From IMG/VR virus record IMGVR_UViG_3300045988_132833: 64,000 bases of DNA. The stretch is one strand, 5' to 3'. This DNA is from a virus. A model generated the notes under the pieces. The model worked only from the letters and a program-made list of their open reading frames with translations. It was not told where the DNA came from and did not search any database. How positions within the stretch are numbered: position 1 is the stretch's first letter; the number at the start of each line of letters is the position of its first letter. A program made the position numbers and the translations under genes. Below, in pieces: positions 1 to 8,750 of the stretch.

Positions 1-497
1 TCTATTAAGATTAGTCTCTTCCTCTATTTCCTCCATAGAAGGAGCTCTGCCATTCTTCTGCTCAAACTTCTCAGACATTTTATTTATCTTGCTCATATTA
101 ACTATTTGACTCATAGGAATTCTAACAGTTCTACACTGTTCAGATATAGCTCTCATAATAGATTGACGTACCCACCAAACGGCATAAGAAATAAATCTAT
201 ATCCTCTGGTTTCGTCAAACTTATAAGCAGCTTCAAGCATTCCAATATTTCCTTCCTGAATGAGATCAACTAAGTCAAGACCTTTATTCTGATATTGTTT
301 TGCAACAGAGATCACAAATCTTAGATTAGCAGTTACTAATTCATTAGCAGCAGCCTTATCTCCAAGTTTTATTCTCTTAGTAAGCTCTACCTCCTTCTCT
401 GGAGTAATCATAGATAGTTTGGACACATCCTTGAAATAAATTCCTAAGGATGCATCCTTTCTATCTGTTATAGATTGAGTGATTTTAAAACTCTTCA
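1..497 (-). CDS. Sigma-70 family RNA polymerase sigma factor, partial (C-terminus lies beyond the window start)
   Basis: Minus-strand translation from the ATG at 495-497 gives MKSFKITQ...DLIQEGNIGMLEAAYKFDETRGYRFISYAVWWVRQSIMRAI, which matches the sigma-70 region 2.1-2.4 consensus; the ORF runs off the window. Confidence 0.8.
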
Positions 498-1163
498 TTA
501 AAGAGTAATATTATTTTCTACTTGATACCTAGTAGTATCTTCGCAAAGTTGTTTAGTCAAGAACCTATCAGCTGTAGCTACTGAAGCGGCGTCAGTACTA
601 TTTCTTACTGCCTTAGCATAAGTATCAATGTGTGCGTAATTAGCTATAATATTTCTAGAGCCAGATACGGATCTCATTTCGATACCAAGCCTGTTGGCAT
701 CTTTGAGATCTTGGAGATTAGTACCCATATAGACGAAAGTCCAGCTGTACTTCTCCTCCTGGTGTTTAATTTTCGCCTTAACAGTATCAAAGTTATATTC
801 CCTAGAGGCATTTTCCTTACCGTCAGTCATGATTACTATCATGTTCTTAGAAGGACGCTCAGACTCATCCATATCAGAGAGCCATTTGCCTATCTCATCT
901 ATAGCAGTTCCTACACCATCATTCATAGCTGTACAGCCACCAGGAGAATAGGTAAGTCTAGGAACTTCATTTACTGGCTTACCTATATAGTACTTCTTAA
1001 CTGTATCTGAGAACATATATAAAGAAATAATACATTCTCCATTCTTCTCTCCTTTCTGTTCGTCAATGAGTTTCTGAAAACCTCCAATAACATCATCAAC
1101 GGAATTGTACATAGATCCACTCTCGTCTAGTACAAAACAAATGTGCAATAAATTACTTTTCAT
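498..1163 (-). CDS. von Willebrand factor type A (vWA) domain protein
   Basis: MIDAS-like DESGSM motif near the N-terminus, a TDG motif downstream, 221 aa. Confidence 0.6.
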   Translation of the reverse strand: MKSNLLHICFVLDESGSMYNSVDDVIGGFQKLIDEQKGEKNGECIISLYMFSDTVKKYYIGKPVNEVPRLTYSPGGCTAMNDGVGTAIDEIGKWLSDMDESERPSKNMIVIMTDGKENASREYNFDTVKAKIKHQEEKYSWTFVYMGTNLQDLKDANRLGIEMRSVSGSRNIIANYAHIDTYAKAVRNSTDAASVATADRFLTKQLCEDTTRYQVENNITL

Positions 1164-2530
1164 GCTTCATCCTCAATATTAGTTTCACCTTTATCCAATA
1201 ACTCTTGTTCTTTATTTAAGAATCTAAAACACTTAAGCTTAAAGGCATGGCTAAGTCCATCCTCTAGCTTAATTACAAGTCCCTCGTGTGGAACCTTATT
1301 TTTACAGTGTGGCGAATCTTTCTCCATGTAGAACTTAGGATCATCTGCTAACCTTTCTAGGAAGTTCTCATTCCAATGGTTGGCAATATCCAAGTCAGGG
1401 TATAAATCCTTTGCTTGTCCAAAATAGCATTCCTCAACTGGAGTAAGACCTACTTGTGCACACCACTGCTGAACTTGACGAGGAGTATATTCAAATACTT
1501 TACCATCTACATTAGTATAAGTAACTCTATAAATACGAACCTTAAAGTGTTTTTCAGGAGTATATGTTTCTCCCTCATTAGGAGGAACACACCCATAGTC
1601 GTACTTCTTCTGAATAAATCCTCCATTAGGAAGGTAGCCTACTATTTCATAATAAGCAGTCTGACCCTTAGCAAGACATGGGCGAACAATCTTGTCAGCC
1701 TCAGCCCAAACATCAACTCCATAGAAACCTCCCTGTACACCAGGATTATAGGTTCTGTTTTTAATTACCGTTCTGGATGCATATAGATAATCATACTTAT
1801 TAAACTCTTCACCAGTGAGCCACTTAGCAATCTTCTGCCGCCAAGTTAGTTCCTGCTTACAAAGTACGTATGCAGAAATGCCAGAAGTTCCATGGATTTT
1901 ATAAGAGAGCTGAATCCATGCATCTGGAGTAATTACATGAGGACATTTCTTAATAAGAGTTGTGTCGTAATGGAATCTAAATTGGGTATCGATGACCTTG
2001 TCAAGTCCCTTTGGGACCTTCTTGGAGATCCTGCCCTTGCTGCCGCCCTGTGAGATTTGTCTCTTTGCGACATATTTCTTACTAATCCAGAACTCTTTAC
2101 CGCTATGTGATACTGCGTCGAACTCAATACCTTCTTTGATTTCATTGATTTCATGATTTGTTACAGATACAATATAATTCTGAAGTATGACTATTGGTAA
2201 GATGAATCCTTCAGACAATTCACCTCTAAGCTTAATTGCCTTTACTCGTCCATTGTCGTCAAACATTCCAGATTGTTCTGGATCATTGTTTAACTCTTTG
2301 TGTCTATAGAGATTAGCAAATCTTAGAAAATCTCCATTGATACAGGATAAGGCTGGAAAATAGACATACAAGCCTGGTTGTGCATCTATTCCCGTAATAA
2401 TGTTAAATCCATCAATAGTACAACACTTGAGTCGTGTTACCTCTGGATCATTGTGCTTTCTGAAATTTGTAATATTTACAATCTTAGAAAGGTAGTTCTC
2501 ACTTGCTCTTTTACTTTTAATTAATTCCAT
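1160..2530 (-). CDS. Rnl2-family RNA ligase (nucleotidyltransferase) with an N-terminal extension
   Basis: Motif I KIHGTSG (compare T4 Rnl2 KIHGTN), motif IV EGLVIK, motif V FKLK; 456 aa. Confidence 0.6.
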   Translation of the reverse strand: MELIKSKRASENYLSKIVNITNFRKHNDPEVTRLKCCTIDGFNIITGIDAQPGLYVYFPALSCINGDFLRFANLYRHKELNNDPEQSGMFDDNGRVKAIKLRGELSEGFILPIVILQNYIVSVTNHEINEIKEGIEFDAVSHSGKEFWISKKYVAKRQISQGGSKGRISKKVPKGLDKVIDTQFRFHYDTTLIKKCPHVITPDAWIQLSYKIHGTSGISAYVLCKQELTWRQKIAKWLTGEEFNKYDYLYASRTVIKNRTYNPGVQGGFYGVDVWAEADKIVRPCLAKGQTAYYEIVGYLPNGGFIQKKYDYGCVPPNEGETYTPEKHFKVRIYRVTYTNVDGKVFEYTPRQVQQWCAQVGLTPVEECYFGQAKDLYPDLDIANHWNENFLERLADDPKFYMEKDSPHCKNKVPHEGLVIKLEDGLSHAFKLKCFRFLNKEQELLDKGETNIEDEA

Positions 2531-2531
2531 C

Positions 2532-2840
2532 TTATTTAATTATTAATCCACTAGATTTAAAAAACTCCAATAAATACCCAGCGTAGGTATTAGACTCTTC
2601 CTCAGAAAAGTCTCCTTTAGAACGCCATTGAAAAGCATGAAGTAACTCATGCCAAAAGGTATTCTCTATTTGTTCTTCTTTTAAAGGAACTACTGTTCCA
2701 TCATCATCTTTAACATTTCTCGCTAATTTAATCTTATCAGTTATACAACAATATTCTCCAAATTTTTGATCAGGAAGTGTATCAAATAATTCAACAGTTA
2801 TCTCTTGACTATTAATCGTAAATTTTTCAGGTATTCTCAT
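2532..2840 (-). CDS. Small HExxH motif protein (putative zinc metallopeptidase-like)
   Basis: HELLH motif in a 102 aa ORF. Confidence 0.3.
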   Translation of the reverse strand: MRIPEKFTINSQEITVELFDTLPDQKFGEYCCITDKIKLARNVKDDDGTVVPLKEEQIENTFWHELLHAFQWRSKGDFSEEESNTYAGYLLEFFKSSGLIIK

Positions 2841-3030
2841 AGCCCAGTTTGATCCGTAAAGAAATTAACATTACCAATTCCTACTATGTGAGCAGAGCCT
2901 TGCTTATCAACATAGTAATTTACTTCTCCATCGAAGTCAGGTATAGTGGTTACACACCAATCGTGAGATGCAATCCATTCATCTATATCTGGATTATATT
3001 TTCTTACTTCATCCAGATTAAAAACAGAAA

Positions 3031-3447
3031 CTAGTCCGGCGTCTGCGCAGAAGTTACCAAGTTCAGAGCAATGGATTCCATAATCTTCTCCTTTTCCCGA
3101 GCTTCTACAAAGTTATTAATCACCTTATAAGGGTCTTCGGTAATCTTATATGTAGTGCAACTCCAGTCTCCATAGATAGTAGACTCTGTAATATAATTGT
3201 GAATACCTAAAACCTCCATATTTTCCCCGCAATTGCACCTCGACCAGTCATCCTTTTCGTTATACTCTGCAAAATATTTCTCACAGGCTGCTTTATAAGC
3301 TAATTCATCTGGAGTTTTGTACTCTTTATAAGGCTTTCTATCTATACTTTCTGGAAGATTAAAGTCTGCTGGCTTCGGAGAAGGATAATTATTCTTCCTG
3401 ATTACATAGCATGGGTAAGTAATTATTATAGTTCCCTTAAATTTCAT
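3031..3447 (-). CDS. Hypothetical protein (Cys-rich)
   Basis: 138 aa ORF in the gene array; overlaps the neighbouring gene by 4 nt. Confidence 0.4.
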   Translation of the reverse strand: MKFKGTIIITYPCYVIRKNNYPSPKPADFNLPESIDRKPYKEYKTPDELAYKAACEKYFAEYNEKDDWSRCNCGENMEVLGIHNYITESTIYGDWSCTTYKITEDPYKVINNFVEAREKEKIMESIALNLVTSAQTPD

Positions 3448-4196
3448 ATTAATTTTTCAATATAATCCCTATCTTCTCCCTTAAAGATAGGGATTTCAGT
3501 GTCAATAAACCATGAATCTACTCCGTTTACTTCTTTCTTAATGCAGCAACTTCCCCTTTGTAAGTGTACTGGTAACTTATTCCAATCTGTTTGCTTCTCC
3601 TCAAGAAGTTTTTTCAGAATTTGATCTGTAGAAAGTCCCTGTAATTCTTTATGGGAAAAGTTAGCTCGTCCCACAGAATTTATGCTGTTTCTAATTGCAT
3701 CTTGCTGTCGCCATAAAATACAATTAGCTACTTCTTCTTTAGGTATATTAAAGCATCGAGAATCAAATAGTGCTCCCTTTACTGCAGCATCTACGTGGAT
3801 ATCTTCCAATGGAATACTTTTACTCCATATGATGTCTAGGAAGCCTCTATTAAATGCTAAAGTAGCTATTGATGCAGATACGCTACATACTTTTTGAATA
3901 TCATAATCAAACCAGGCAGCAGTTTCTAACTTCTTGTAGTCAGTTAAAACCAACGTAATTTCATCAGATTGTGTGTATCCTAGTACACAACCCTGAATCT
4001 CTTTACATAAAGTTAACATAGTTTGCTGCATAGCTTCAGTAAGAATATCGTCAAAAGGTTTCTTAAAACCTCTTGTAAAGGTATGGAAAGCTTTTCCGTC
4101 TAATCTTATAATTACTGGAGTTCTACGAAGGAGTTGAGTCTTGGCTCTATTCTCGTAGTTCTCTTTCATTCTATCTCCTAAATTATCTTTCTTCAT
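3444..4196 (-). CDS. Thg1-like protein (tRNA-His guanylyltransferase family 3'-5' nucleotidyltransferase)
   Basis: VIIRLDGKAFHTFT...KPFDD...GYTQSDEITLVL...FDSRCFNIP...WRQQD align with the Thg1 signature RLDGRNFHRF...KPND...AYGQSDEYSFVF...FDGRVVVYP...WRQAD. Confidence 0.85.
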   Translation of the reverse strand: MKKDNLGDRMKENYENRAKTQLLRRTPVIIRLDGKAFHTFTRGFKKPFDDILTEAMQQTMLTLCKEIQGCVLGYTQSDEITLVLTDYKKLETAAWFDYDIQKVCSVSASIATLAFNRGFLDIIWSKSIPLEDIHVDAAVKGALFDSRCFNIPKEEVANCILWRQQDAIRNSINSVGRANFSHKELQGLSTDQILKKLLEEKQTDWNKLPVHLQRGSCCIKKEVNGVDSWFIDTEIPIFKGEDRDYIEKLI

Positions 4197-4352
4197 TCAG
4201 TTTATCAATTGTTATAAATGCTAAAGCTGCTCCAAGTGTTAAAAATAGAACAAATGGATCTAAAGCCATCATAATTATCCACAATAAAACTCCAAGAGTA
4301 GCTCCTGGAAGAGCTAACAGCTTGAAGTTTTCAATAGTATATTTATCCATAA

Positions 4353-5573
4353 TTAATCTTCTAAGTCGAATCTAAATATTCTTAATTTTGGTTGAGTTGG
4401 GATGCCATCATCAGAATAGTTAAAGAAAGTACACTCAGCTTTATGTCCTCTATACTTATTATCAAAGCTCTTGACATATTCAGCTTTAGTAGCTCTGTCT
4501 CCAACTGGCATAGCCTCAAATGTTCTTCCATCTTTTAGTGCACATGTAAAGGTCATATCTTCAGAACCCCTAAGACCAAGCTTATATCCAACGACTGTAA
4601 AATCCTCAGATTTATATTGCTTAATCTTTATAAGATTGTTGCAACGAGATCCTACCTTATAAGGCTTAGAAGGATCAGTAATTACTGCACCTTCAAATCC
4701 TTCAGCAACCCATTTGTCATGAAGTTTCTTCATATTATCCCAACCCTCTACATATTCATGTAATAGGAGGCGAATTGGAACATTATGATCATCATCTTCA
4801 ATGGTTAGGTACATAGGAATATCACAATTATCACATAGCTCTAGCATAAGAAACTTATATCTATCTGAAGCTATCATATCTACATTAGAAGAATCGTAGC
4901 AATCGTAAACCCAATATTGTAACCAGTCACAATCATATGCATTCTTCTCCATTCTGGCAGCTCCACTTATTTGTTGAAGAGTTTTACCTCTAACAAAAAG
5001 TTCACCATCCAGAATTACAGTAGGATGTGCTTCAAAGAACTTTAAAAGCTTCAGATCCTCACGCAAGTGAGTAGTAGCAGCATCATAGTCTTCACCTCCT
5101 CTGGAAGCAGTATGTATTACCCCATCCTTGTAATAGAATAGGGCTTTTACTCCGTCAAGTTTTCTACTAATAAGCCACTTCTTTTCAAATATCTTTGGAT
5201 TGGTCACCTTATCTGCTTGTTTAGCAAGTTGGGGTTTAATTACCCCATATTGATTAGTCTTAACCTCTCCAAAAATTGACTGAAGCTCATCAAGGGTATA
5301 TTCCTTAGGATGTTTTTCTACTTCAACATATCCCTTGTCTAAGAACTTTTTGGTTTCAGAATTGAATTGAAGAGTATATTGCTCTTTCCAAGTTCTTTTC
5401 TGTTTAGTCCTATCTACAATAATCTTAGGCGATAGTGTAGTCTTGCCACCTACCTGACCATAGCTACGCTGTATTACGTAGCCATGTTCAGGTTCATGCC
5501 ATTCTTCATCGCATTCAACTACTGCGAAACGAAACTTTCCAGTTGATGCTTTACCAAGGAGATACTTAATCAT
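4353..5573 (-). CDS. ATP-dependent polynucleotide ligase (DNA ligase-like)
   Basis: Motif I KLDGVK, motif III DGELFV, motif IV EGAVIT, motif V LIKIK; 406 aa. Confidence 0.6.
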   Translation of the reverse strand: MIKYLLGKASTGKFRFAVVECDEEWHEPEHGYVIQRSYGQVGGKTTLSPKIIVDRTKQKRTWKEQYTLQFNSETKKFLDKGYVEVEKHPKEYTLDELQSIFGEVKTNQYGVIKPQLAKQADKVTNPKIFEKKWLISRKLDGVKALFYYKDGVIHTASRGGEDYDAATTHLREDLKLLKFFEAHPTVILDGELFVRGKTLQQISGAARMEKNAYDCDWLQYWVYDCYDSSNVDMIASDRYKFLMLELCDNCDIPMYLTIEDDDHNVPIRLLLHEYVEGWDNMKKLHDKWVAEGFEGAVITDPSKPYKVGSRCNNLIKIKQYKSEDFTVVGYKLGLRGSEDMTFTCALKDGRTFEAMPVGDRATKAEYVKSFDNKYRGHKAECTFFNYSDDGIPTQPKLRIFRFDLED

Positions 5574-5878
5574 TTCTGATTATCCTTAACCAAATTCCAA
5601 AGATCTTCTACTGTATCTGTAGGAATTTCCCTTCCATTTTCATCCCACATCTTGAGTTCTGGGTTTCCAGATTTTTCATACATCCACCAGTCTATGTCAT
5701 CTACTCCATCCTCATTAAACAAGAGATCTAAAGTTTTATTGAAGAGAACAGATGCATACTCTACCCAGTCACACTCGAAGAGTGTAGGCACACTGAGAGC
5801 TTCTGAAACTTCATCAATTCTATTAGACCACTCCTGTTGTTTCAAAATAAGATCAATAAATTCTTCCTTAGTTATCAT
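5570..5878 (-). CDS. Hypothetical protein
   Basis: 102 aa ORF; 4-nt overlap with the neighbouring gene. Confidence 0.4.
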   Translation of the reverse strand: MITKEEFIDLILKQQEWSNRIDEVSEALSVPTLFECDWVEYASVLFNKTLDLLFNEDGVDDIDWWMYEKSGNPELKMWDENGREIPTDTVEDLWNLVKDNQK

Positions 5879-5879
5879 T

Positions 5880-6083
5880 CTAACTATTTTTATTTAAACC
5901 ACCAATACAAATCATTTGATCTTTTGTTATGGTTTCGGCAATTTCCTTATTACTATTCCATCCAGTCATAAAATCACTAGTTGGAATATTAATGGCAATG
6001 CCACTACGTAGGTATACAGTAGTTATACCATTTCCTTTATCTAACCATCCATCTATTGCTTCTGTTTTAATAAATCCTTTCAT
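5880..6083 (-). CDS. Hypothetical protein
   Basis: 67 aa ORF in a tightly spaced array. Confidence 0.35.
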   Translation of the reverse strand: MKGFIKTEAIDGWLDKGNGITTVYLRSGIAINIPTSDFMTGWNSNKEIAETITKDQMICIGGLNKNS

Positions 6084-6442
6084 TTAATACCAGTTTCAAA
6101 GTATATGTCTTCTCCTTCCTCTAGAGTATCAAACTCAGGAAGTAACTTGTCTTTGACATAGTCTCTAACTTCTTCTACGTCATCATAGTAGTAATCATCA
6201 TAGTCTGTACTTCCAAAGAAGAATCCAGACATGGTAGGAAGCAATTCTGGACCTTTTGAGTGATCCCATAAAACTTCCTCACACTTAGAAAGTAGTTCTT
6301 CTGCATCTTCTCTCTTGATTACCAGTGGAGTCTGATTTGAAACATCAAACCCCTTCTCAAAGAACTTTACTAGAAAATTAACTTTTCTAAAGTAACCAAT
6401 CTCTGAACGTTTCTTTTTAGTAAGAAATATATCTAGTCCCAT
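6080..6442 (-). CDS. Hypothetical acidic protein
   Basis: 120 aa ORF, DYDDYYYDD acidic tract. Confidence 0.4.
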   Translation of the reverse strand: MGLDIFLTKKKRSEIGYFRKVNFLVKFFEKGFDVSNQTPLVIKREDAEELLSKCEEVLWDHSKGPELLPTMSGFFFGSTDYDDYYYDDVEEVRDYVKDKLLPEFDTLEEGEDIYFETGIK

Positions 6443-6445
6443 AGC

Positions 6446-6967
6446 TTACTTTAATCCAGTTGAATTAAAACCTCCATCTCCTCTCTCAGTTTCATCTAAA
6501 GATGCTACTTCATTCCATTCAATATGGAACACTCGTTCAAGGATACCCTGACAAATACGCTCCCCATCTTCAATGTATACATCCTCCAGACCAAGATTAA
6601 TCACTGGGAGATGCCACTCACCTCTATAGTCAGCGTCGATAGTGCCAGGGGTATTTACAAGAGTCAATCCATTCTTTATAGACATACCACTTCTTGGACG
6701 ACAGCTTACCTGCCATCCTTCAGGAATAGCAGCAAATATACCAGTAGGAAGCAAAGCTCTAGACCTTGGGGCAATTCGAATCATCGGAACTGTATGTCCT
6801 TCACCGGACCAAATAACCTCCGCATCTCCGAAACCCTTAATAGGAGTGTCTGGAGTAACACGACTCAAATCGACTCTAATGTCAAAACCAGCAGCACCTG
6901 CTGTTTCATACTTAGGGAGAGGGTTGTTAGACTTGTTAATTACGTTTACTACTATTTTATTTTCCAT
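6446..6967 (-). CDS. dut: dUTPase (dUTP pyrophosphatase) or dCTP deaminase-family enzyme
   Basis: AGAAGFDIR motif and GTIDADYRGEW motif III; 173 aa. Confidence 0.65.
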   Translation of the reverse strand: MENKIVVNVINKSNNPLPKYETAGAAGFDIRVDLSRVTPDTPIKGFGDAEVIWSGEGHTVPMIRIAPRSRALLPTGIFAAIPEGWQVSCRPRSGMSIKNGLTLVNTPGTIDADYRGEWHLPVINLGLEDVYIEDGERICQGILERVFHIEWNEVASLDETERGDGGFNSTGLK

Positions 6968-7223
6968 TGTTGTTTAAGTATTTAATAAGAGAATCAATTA
7001 CATCTTCTGCTTCTGTGTAAAAAGCTTTAATTGGCTTTTCGTCATCTAATATAACTGCAAATGGATCTAATTTGGCTCCATAGTAGGATTTAATCCTCCA
7101 TGCTTCCTTTTTACTCTTCTTAGCTAAAGAATCAACAAAATGAAAAATCGGAGTATACTTAGAAGTATCTCCGATTCTGTCAAGCTGATTCTTGTCACTG
7201 TAAACAACAATAATGTCTGTCAT
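6957..7223 (-). CDS. Hypothetical protein
   Basis: 88 aa ORF. Confidence 0.35.
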   Translation of the reverse strand: MTDIIVVYSDKNQLDRIGDTSKYTPIFHFVDSLAKKSKKEAWRIKSYYGAKLDPFAVILDDEKPIKAFYTEAEDVIDSLIKYLNNNGK

Positions 7224-7438
7224 AAAATAAACAATATAACAGCACCACAGACTAATCCAATGATGCTGTCAACAATCAGAATAAACATAGCTTTCTTTTG
7301 AAACTCCTCTAAATTGTCTCTTATTTGATAAAATAGATCTCGTGCAAGCTCATGTTTCTCCTGACTTCCTATTATACATAGCTTACTTAAGCTAAGTATG
7401 ATTAAAATAATTGCCCATATCTTCATGATTCCTTCCAA
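7220..7438 (-). CDS. Small membrane protein
   Basis: 72 aa with two hydrophobic segments. Confidence 0.35.
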   Translation of the reverse strand: MEGIMKIWAIILIILSLSKLCIIGSQEKHELARDLFYQIRDNLEEFQKKAMFILIVDSIIGLVCGAVILFIL

Positions 7439-7896
7439 AATTTATTTGTAATGTTAAGCAGAATGTTTTTATCACTTTCATGAACTACCTTATACATAAT
7501 CTGATTAGTATTAGGATTGTTTAGAGGTCCGAATTGCTCAACATATGGTCCAATCTTAATAAAATCAAACCATTTAGGATTAATTTCTGCACTCAGTATT
7601 TGCCTTCCACTATACCATCCAACCTTCAAATCTGTTGTTTCCTTAACTTGCTTAGCTAAAGTATTAATATAGTGTGGCTCAAGATCACCTCCCATAAAGC
7701 ATACACAGGTAATTCCTTTGTTTTTCTCAATGATGTCTTTCAACCTTCTCTGAGTTAATAAGGTACCTATGTCCTCTGCTAAATAAGAGGAATGACAACC
7801 AGGACATTTACAAGGACAATTAGAAATGTTTATTGCTAAGGAAATCTCATCTGGAATTTCTGCGAATACTACTTCATAATTAACGTATTTAAGCAT
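7423..7896 (-). CDS. nrdG: Anaerobic ribonucleoside-triphosphate reductase activating protein (radical SAM)
   Basis: Cys cluster CPCKCPGCHSS near the N-terminus; located directly downstream of nrdD. Confidence 0.7.
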   Translation of the reverse strand: MLKYVNYEVVFAEIPDEISLAINISNCPCKCPGCHSSYLAEDIGTLLTQRRLKDIIEKNKGITCVCFMGGDLEPHYINTLAKQVKETTDLKVGWYSGRQILSAEINPKWFDFIKIGPYVEQFGPLNNPNTNQIMYKVVHESDKNILLNITNKFWKES

Positions 7897-7906
7897 ACAT
7901 TCACAT

Positions 7907-8557
7907 TTAATATTCCCTTATTTCCTTAGAATCTAAGTCCATAATGAAACACTTCCTACAGTCTAGACAAGCAAAGTCAGGTTGAATTATTTCTTTCTTC
8001 ATTTGAGTATGTCCAAAGACTTGATAGAGATCAGGTATATGATCCTCTGACGCATACTCTCTAACGTCTCCCCAAAGGATTCCTCCAACTTCCGAAAATC
8101 CTCCCCTCCAAGGAGATACATCAGTTAAGGCTTTATGATCAAATTTCAGGTTCGGAACATCCTCTATAGAGAGGTTATTAACCTTTAACCACTTAGGAAG
8201 GACTCCAGCATGGCTAAATAGAATATCATTAACATGATAAGCAACCTTAAGATCTAGCCTCTTTAGAAGGGAAGTAACTTCGTGGTAATTGCCATAATCA
8301 ACTCTATCAGCAAACCCATCCATTATAAGGTAGTTGCCATCGTGGTTTCCTAAGAGGCAGACTACTCTGGACTTGTTATTCTCATAGAAATTTATAAGAA
8401 CTTTTAAATTTTCTAAGGAATTGTTTTTACTCACCTGCTGAGGGTATGGGTCGTGGTAGTCTCCTAAAAAGACTACCTTCCCCTCCCATTCTCTGCAAGG
8501 TTCTTTCCAGAAATCACGCCCATGAACATCTGGAATCACTAAAATTTCATTTTTCAT
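7907..8557 (-). CDS. Calcineurin-like metallophosphoesterase (PPP-family phosphatase)
   Basis: DVHGR, GDYHD and GNHD motifs. Confidence 0.6.
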   Translation of the reverse strand: MKNEILVIPDVHGRDFWKEPCREWEGKVVFLGDYHDPYPQQVSKNNSLENLKVLINFYENNKSRVVCLLGNHDGNYLIMDGFADRVDYGNYHEVTSLLKRLDLKVAYHVNDILFSHAGVLPKWLKVNNLSIEDVPNLKFDHKALTDVSPWRGGFSEVGGILWGDVREYASEDHIPDLYQVFGHTQMKKEIIQPDFACLDCRKCFIMDLDSKEIREY

Positions 8558-8750
8558 ACATTAATACCTGAGTTAAATAATTAATTGCAGCAAGCTCGGT
8601 GTCATGGAGTTTGATAGGAGTACCGTTAAGGTCTATATCCCATCCTTCCCCGTTAGCCCACTCAGTGACAGTTATATAATCACCCTCTTTAGCTACATAG
8701 CTATACTTATTTAAATCATCCAAAACGGACTTAAGATTCTTTCTTTCCAT
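8547..8750 (-). CDS. Hypothetical protein
   Basis: 67 aa ORF overlapping its neighbours. Confidence 0.35.
   Translation of the reverse strand: MERKNLKSVLDDLNKYSYVAKEGDYITVTEWANGEGWDIDLNGTPIKLHDTELAAINYLTQVLMYEK

Noticed and set aside
630-1010. Plus-strand ORFs listed in the six-frame track (for example 630..1010, 1415..1786, 10406..10934, 39282..40025, 40188..40607, 51722..52339, 53885..54415)
   Set aside because: All lie antisense to long minus-strand ORFs that have recognisable domains. Their products are low-complexity (Leu/Ser/Ile-rich) with no motifs, which is typical for spurious shadows of AT-rich coding DNA.
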